DNA of 64,000 nt. Source: Candidatus Latescibacterota bacterium. GTDB lineage: Bacteria; Latescibacterota; UBA2968; UBA8231. The notes under the pieces were generated by a model. It was not told where the DNA came from. It was given only the letters and a program-made list of their open reading frames with translations, and made no database searches. The DNA is taken from positions 448,001 through 512,000 of the forward strand of contig OZ253462.1 of the NCBI GenBank assembly GCA_965261395.1, given 5' to 3'. Below are positions 59,011 to 64,000 of this stretch, one piece after another (the first letter of the stretch is position 1; each line of letters opens with the position of its first letter). A program made the translations under genes and the position numbers.

Positions 59011-60273
59011 CTATTGAACGCGCACCCCGGCCTGGAAAACCGCCCTGACGTCGCTGAAGGCGGCCACGTCTGCCGTCGGATCGCCCCCAAAGGCGGCAAG
59101 GTCCGCAGATTTGCCGACCTCGATGGTCCCCACCTCATCGGCAATACCGGCCGCCTCGGCCGAGACCCGGGTCGCCGCGACGAGGGCTTCGGCCGGGGTG
59201 AAGCCGCATTCGACCAGCAGTTGAAGGTCGTAGTCTAAGTGGCCGAATTCGAGGCAGCCCACTCCTGAGTCCGTGCCGGGCACCACGCGCTCCTTCAGGC
59301 AGTAGTCGAGCATCTTCCGCATCACGTCCAGCCGCTTCTCCGCTCGTTGTTCGAGATGGGTGAGCGCTGCCTCCTCTGCGGCGCCCATAGCTCCCTCGTC
59401 GCGCAGCTTGCGCAGGCGCACCATCTCCGGGTAGTTGGTCCACGCCTGCAGCGTGGGGCTCAGCCAGATGCCGGATTTGGCCAACATCTCGGCTACTTTC
59501 GGGTCGAAGCGCATCTCGTGGTCCGGTTCGAGAAACTCGACGTGCTCGATCAGGTCGATGCCGGCCTCGACGGCCCGCACCATCGACTGCTTGGCGCGGC
59601 AATGGGCGACAGTGAGGCGGTGAAACTGGCGCGCCTCGCCCACCAGGGCCTGCAGTTCTTCAGTCGAATAGGAGGCCAACCCCGGAATCGTGCCGGTCGT
59701 CCCTCCACCGGAGGCCATTACCTTGATGTAGTCGGCCCCCTCGTGCACGAGCCGGCGCACTGAGCGGCGGATCTCTTCCACTCCGTCGGCGACCTCGTTG
59801 CACATGTGGAAGTGGCCACCCGTGCAGGTGATCGGGCGACCGCTGACGAGCATCCGCGGCCCGGAGATGTAGCCGCGTTGCAGACCTTCCTTGAGGATGA
59901 ACCCAACCCTGTTGCGGGCGCCGTGCTCGCGCAGGGTGGTGATGCCGGCGCACAGGTGCTTGCGCATGTTCATGGCCCCGATGAGCACCATGGTCTCATC
60001 GCTCTCCCGGAATGTCAGATCGTAGCGAAGGCCGTCTCCCGGGAGGCTGAGGTGGGTGTGGCCATCGATGAGACCGGGTGTCAGGCAGCAGCCGTTCAAA
60101 TCGACGGTCGGGGTATCGGGAGGCGTCTGCTGCTCCACCTGTGCCAATGGTCCGATCGCGGCGATCGCGCCATCTCGTACGAATACCGCCTGCCCGGCCT
60201 TGGCGCTGCCGCCGAGGCCGTCGGCGAGCAGTACCGGGCGAATCAGTACCGTCTGTAAATTCGATTCAGACAT
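59011..60273 (-). CDS. Metal-dependent amidohydrolase (prolidase-like)
   Basis: PGLIDGHTH, IKVMASGG, AH, IEH, GTDSG, GTIEVGKSADL. Confidence 0.9.
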   Translation of the reverse strand: MSESNLQTVLIRPVLLADGLGGSAKAGQAVFVRDGAIAAIGPLAQVEQQTPPDTPTVDLNGCCLTPGLIDGHTHLSLPGDGLRYDLTFRESDETMVLIGAMNMRKHLCAGITTLREHGARNRVGFILKEGLQRGYISGPRMLVSGRPITCTGGHFHMCNEVADGVEEIRRSVRRLVHEGADYIKVMASGGGTTGTIPGLASYSTEELQALVGEARQFHRLTVAHCRAKQSMVRAVEAGIDLIEHVEFLEPDHEMRFDPKVAEMLAKSGIWLSPTLQAWTNYPEMVRLRKLRDEGAMGAAEEAALTHLEQRAEKRLDVMRKMLDYCLKERVVPGTDSGVGCLEFGHLDYDLQLLVECGFTPAEALVAATRVSAEAAGIADEVGTIEVGKSADLAAFGGDPTADVAAFSDVRAVFQAGVRVQ

Positions 60274-60453
60274 AGTTTGTCTCCGTTGTCGCGCTCAATA
60301 TAGAAGCCCTTGCAGAAGCCGCTCTGCGGGAGAGGTGATCCCGATTGTGCATCGGTCAAATTCGTCTCATATTCTTCGCGGGGCCTACTCAATATAGAGC
60401 CTTTCAGGCTTGGTGGTAAACCTATAGGCCCGTCCTGCACTGGAGAACCTGCC

Positions 60454-61281
60454 ATGCTTTTCACCGACGCCCAGATCGAACACTACAAAACCGAGGGCTA
60501 TCTGTCCGGCCCGCGCGTTTTATCCGCTGAGCAGATCAGCGCGCTCAAAGAACGCATCGACGACATTCTCCACGGCCGCATTCCTTTCCCCAAACACCTG
60601 ATGGGCGAAACCGTCGAACAGTCCCGCGCCAAGGGCCAACTGCCCTCGGTCAAAGTGGTCAACATCTTTCGCCGCGAGTCCGTCTTTGCCGCCCTCATCG
60701 ACAACCCGACCATCAGCACCCTAGCGCACCAGCTCATGTCCGGCCCAGTGCGCATGTGGGAAGACCAAATGATCTACAAGCCGGCCTACGACGCGGAAAC
60801 CGCCTTGGCTTGGCATCAAGACTACACTTTTTGGGATCACGTTGGACCAGCCGACATGGGCACCTGCTGGATCGCCCTCGACGACGCCACGGTCGATAAC
60901 GGCTGTATGCACGTCATCCCGGGCAGCCACCTATGGCCGATGCGCTATGACCGCGAAGACGCCGTGGTTGAAGACCCGCACTGGCTGCTGCAACAAGAGG
61001 GGATTCCCGCCGGAGCTGACCTGACACCCGTGCCCTGCGAGGTCAAAGCCGGGCACTGCCACTTCCACCACTGCCGCACCTTCCACGGCTCGTACGGCAA
61101 CAAAACCGACAACCCACGGCGCAGCTATATCATGCACCTCATGCCCGGCCACACCCGTCGCTTAGGCGACAATTGGAACGAACGCATGGGCAATGTCGAA
61201 ACCGTGGACGTGGGCGAAATTGTCGAGGGGCCGGACTACCCAGAGCTGGTCAAGGTGCCGACTCCTCCCAACCGAATGTAA
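60454..61281 (+). CDS. PhyH-family Fe/2OG dioxygenase
   Basis: WHQD, WIALDDATVDNGCM..PGSH, FHH...HGS..N.T..PRR. Confidence 0.9.
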   Translation: MLFTDAQIEHYKTEGYLSGPRVLSAEQISALKERIDDILHGRIPFPKHLMGETVEQSRAKGQLPSVKVVNIFRRESVFAALIDNPTISTLAHQLMSGPVRMWEDQMIYKPAYDAETALAWHQDYTFWDHVGPADMGTCWIALDDATVDNGCMHVIPGSHLWPMRYDREDAVVEDPHWLLQQEGIPAGADLTPVPCEVKAGHCHFHHCRTFHGSYGNKTDNPRRSYIMHLMPGHTRRLGDNWNERMGNVETVDVGEIVEGPDYPELVKVPTPPNRM

Positions 61282-61410
61282 CCTCGATTGACAGACCAAT
61301 AAAAAATGACTTATTACTGACGATGTGCACCAAGCTACTACGAGCGCATAGGCATTTCTTGGGTGAATCGGTTAGTTTAGGTCATCTTACTCCGAGCAGG
61401 AATATTGCAA

Positions 61411-62514
61411 ATGAATGACCTCAACAAAACTCAGCTTATCTCCGTGGAAAAGCTGCTGTTGGATGACAAGAACCCAAGACTTCCTGAACGGCTTCGCGAG
61501 ACGTCTCAATCGGAGATACTCCAGTATCTCTATAATCACGCGGCATTGGACGAACTTGCGCAGTCCTACCTCGATAACGGCTTCTTTGACCACGAACCGC
61601 TGATCGTTCAGAGAGGCGAGGATGAACGATATGTCGTCGTTGAAGGCAATCGAAGACTCGCGGCGCTCAAAGTCTTACACCATTCGTCTGAAGATGACGA
61701 ACTCTGCTTTGGTACCATCGATCCATCCAAAGAGGAACTGGACGGACTTCGTGAGATCCCCTGCTGTCTCATAGCGGATCGCGATGCGGTCCACGCTTAT
61801 GTCGGATTCAGGCATATCGGTGCGCTCAAAACATGGCCCCCCGAGGCAAAGGCTCGCTATCTTCTTTCAGAGGTGAATCAACTCAAAAAAAAGAACGTCG
61901 CCAATCCGTTTCGTGAACTCGGTCGAAGGGTCGGCAGCAATGCTCAAGGTATCAGAAATTCTTACCTTGCAATTCGCATCTTGCTACACGCAAGAGAAGA
62001 ATTTGGGATGGACGTCAGCTATGTCCAGGAAAGCCGATTCGGAGTCTGGCTTCGTTGTATGAACTCAGCGGACATAAGGAAGCATATTGGACTCGGTCAA
62101 ACACAAACCTACAATGATATCGAGCAGGCTCTTTCAGGAATCAATGAAGCACATCTCGCAGAAGTACTACGCGATCTCAAGATCGAGCCAGGCGAGGGAC
62201 GTGCGGTGCTAGGAGACTCGCGTGACGTTACCGTCTATGGGAGAGCTCTCATGGATGAGCGCGTGCATGAAACGCTACGTCGCACGAGAGACCTAGGCTT
62301 GGTCAAGCAGATCATTGAGGAACTAGACTTGGATGTACAAGCTAGACGACTAGTGCAGAGAGTGCAGCTATTCCTAGATATTCTTCATCGGGCGGATATG
62401 CCGCAGATATCGAACGATCTGCTCGCAGCTACGGAGACTCTTTCCTCGGTTGCTCGCTCTGCGCTCGCCATCGTCAAAGACCGGGTGGAGGATTCTCGTG
62501 ATAACAAGCCCTGA
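61411..62514 (+). CDS. ParB/Srx-like N-terminal domain protein
   Basis: LLLDDKNPRLP, LAQSYLDNGF...EPLIV, VVVEGNRRLAALK. Confidence 0.8.
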   Translation: MNDLNKTQLISVEKLLLDDKNPRLPERLRETSQSEILQYLYNHAALDELAQSYLDNGFFDHEPLIVQRGEDERYVVVEGNRRLAALKVLHHSSEDDELCFGTIDPSKEELDGLREIPCCLIADRDAVHAYVGFRHIGALKTWPPEAKARYLLSEVNQLKKKNVANPFRELGRRVGSNAQGIRNSYLAIRILLHAREEFGMDVSYVQESRFGVWLRCMNSADIRKHIGLGQTQTYNDIEQALSGINEAHLAEVLRDLKIEPGEGRAVLGDSRDVTVYGRALMDERVHETLRRTRDLGLVKQIIEELDLDVQARRLVQRVQLFLDILHRADMPQISNDLLAATETLSSVARSALAIVKDRVEDSRDNKP

Positions 62515-63433
62515 ACCTGACACTTACGGGCAGTATGCACGAGCCTCCCTAATCGCGGATTACGTAGAACTGCTTGCGCTGAAACATCCGGTTAGACGCG
62601 GGATCGTGGAGGACTTCTTTGCTGATAACCACTGGAATCTTGAGTTGCTTCAGCCATCTGAAGGTGATTTCTCACATTACCCTCGGGAAACGCTGGAGGG
62701 GCGCCTTGACGAGGCTCATGACTTAGCTTCTATCGTTTTCGGGCAGATAGAGGAGCGATGCCGCCTGTTATCCCGTCGCTATCCCTTTGCGATCACGGAG
62801 GGTTTAGTCTCATTGAAACCTGATCTTGATCGTGAATCATGCCCGTATGTAGCAATGCTCTCACTTACCGTTGCCCATGCGTTCAATGTGGGCTTATCGC
62901 ATAAACCGGAAGAACTGTTTGAGCATATAGTGACAAAGATCCTAAATGACCGCGGGTTGTTATCTGCCGGAGTCGCGACGCTTCGCAGGTCGAGAGGTTC
63001 CTTTGAGAAAGCATTATGCGCAGCGTGCAATCAGGTTGGGCTCAAGTCAGTGCCGAATGCGGCACCGAGATATGAAAAAGGGCACGACGAAGGCGTGGAC
63101 GTTCTTAGCCATATGAGTTGGGAAGAAGATCCACGATCGAGTGCTTGGGTATTCATCGGTCAAGCCACAGTAGGGAGAAGCGATATCTGGTCAAAAAAAA
63201 TCAATGAGCCGAACCCAGGGAGATGGGCTCAATTCATTTGCATTAGGAATCGACCATTGCCATTTCTGGCCGTGCCTCATCATGTAGAGCGACAAATGAT
63301 GGAGAAGCTAGCCTTCGACGGCGTAGTGCTGGATAGAATTAGGCTGGTGAGATTCAAAAACGAGAACGACCGTGAGGAGCGCGAGATCATCAGAGCCGTA
63401 GCCCAAGAGTGCGTCGAACCACTCTCAGGTTAG
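62498..63433 (+). CDS. Hypothetical protein with restriction-endonuclease-like motif
   Basis: FE...; DEGVDVL...GQATVG..W..K; LDRIRL; GGAGGA RBS; overlaps the upstream gene. Confidence 0.65.
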   Translation: MITSPEPDTYGQYARASLIADYVELLALKHPVRRGIVEDFFADNHWNLELLQPSEGDFSHYPRETLEGRLDEAHDLASIVFGQIEERCRLLSRRYPFAITEGLVSLKPDLDRESCPYVAMLSLTVAHAFNVGLSHKPEELFEHIVTKILNDRGLLSAGVATLRRSRGSFEKALCAACNQVGLKSVPNAAPRYEKGHDEGVDVLSHMSWEEDPRSSAWVFIGQATVGRSDIWSKKINEPNPGRWAQFICIRNRPLPFLAVPHHVERQMMEKLAFDGVVLDRIRLVRFKNENDREEREIIRAVAQECVEPLSG

Positions 63434-63477
63434 AATTGACTATAGGCCAGAGGCTCGCAAGTATAACGGAAAATCGA

Positions 63478-64000
63478 ATGTATAAACCGTTGCGCTTTAT
63501 TGACCTATTTGCAGGACTCGGAGGCTTTCATATTGCGCTCAATGAGCTGGGGCATCGCTGCGTCTTCGCCTGTGAGGTTAATGAGGATCTCGCTGCTATT
63601 TACGAGAAAAATTTTGGAATCCGTCCATTCGGTGATATCCGCACTCTTGATATCTCCTCGTTGCCCGCTCACGATATTCTCTGTGCCGGATTTCCCTGCC
63701 AGCCATTCTCCAAAGCCGGTAGTCAACAAGGTCTCAAATGCCCTCATTGGGGGGATTTAATCGACTACGTCATCCGCATTCTTAGGACCCACACGCCACG
63801 CTACTTCATCATGGAGAATGTTCCTAACCTCATACGGCACAGGCAAGGGAGGACTTGGAGCGAGATCGAGGGCAGGCTCCGCCGAGCCGGCTACAGCGTC
63901 CAGGATCGAGTACTATCACCGCATAGCTTCGGCGTACCCCAGATTCGCAAACGGATGTTCATCGTTGGCCAGCGTGGTGGCCTAAACGGGTTTTCGTGGC
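63478..64000 (+). CDS. DNA (cytosine-5)-methyltransferase, partial (not in the ORF track)
   Basis: Own translation: MYKPLRFIDLFAGLGGF (motif I), GDI, AGFPCQPFS (IV), MENVPN (VI), PQIRKRMFIVG (VIII). Confidence 0.93.
   Translation, partial: MYKPLRFIDLFAGLGGFHIALNELGHRCVFACEVNEDLAAIYEKNFGIRPFGDIRTLDISSLPAHDILCAGFPCQPFSKAGSQQGLKCPHWGDLIDYVIRILRTHTPRYFIMENVPNLIRHRQGRTWSEIEGRLRRAGYSVQDRVLSPHSFGVPQIRKRMFIVGQRGGLNGFSW

Overview
GC-rich bacterial chromosome segment. FlgD-Ig/T9SS-like C-terminal sorting domains, many enolase, Gfo/Idh/MocA, PhyH, sulfatase and amidohydrolase genes and an Rpn-type nuclease suggest an FCB-group heterotroph such as Latescibacterota/Handelsmanbacteria or a relative (inference only). 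Most of 1-46 kb is metabolic or housekeeping: mtnP, a nuclease-helicase, modABC, a sulfatase/lyase-like/GH88/dehydratase locus, acnA, UbiD, an amidase, tRNA-Glu, pdxST and a SelA-like enzyme. Small accessory inserts are interspersed: an AAA_14 ATPase, PIN and HicAB modules, Rpn, a frameshifted His-rich secreted Ig-repeat protein, a TonB receptor and REP/MITE-like palindromes. The right end is a defence-like region. It holds an SNF2-DUF3883 / DUF932 / DUF1156 adenine methylase / DUF499 ATPase module (46.3-56.7 kb), a foreign three-gene catabolic cassette, and a ParB-like / REase-fold-like / C5-cytosine methyltransferase module truncated by the window end. Core genes appear depleted in CCWGG and enriched in its 5mC-deamination products. 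All calls come from reading motifs by eye; no database searches were run.
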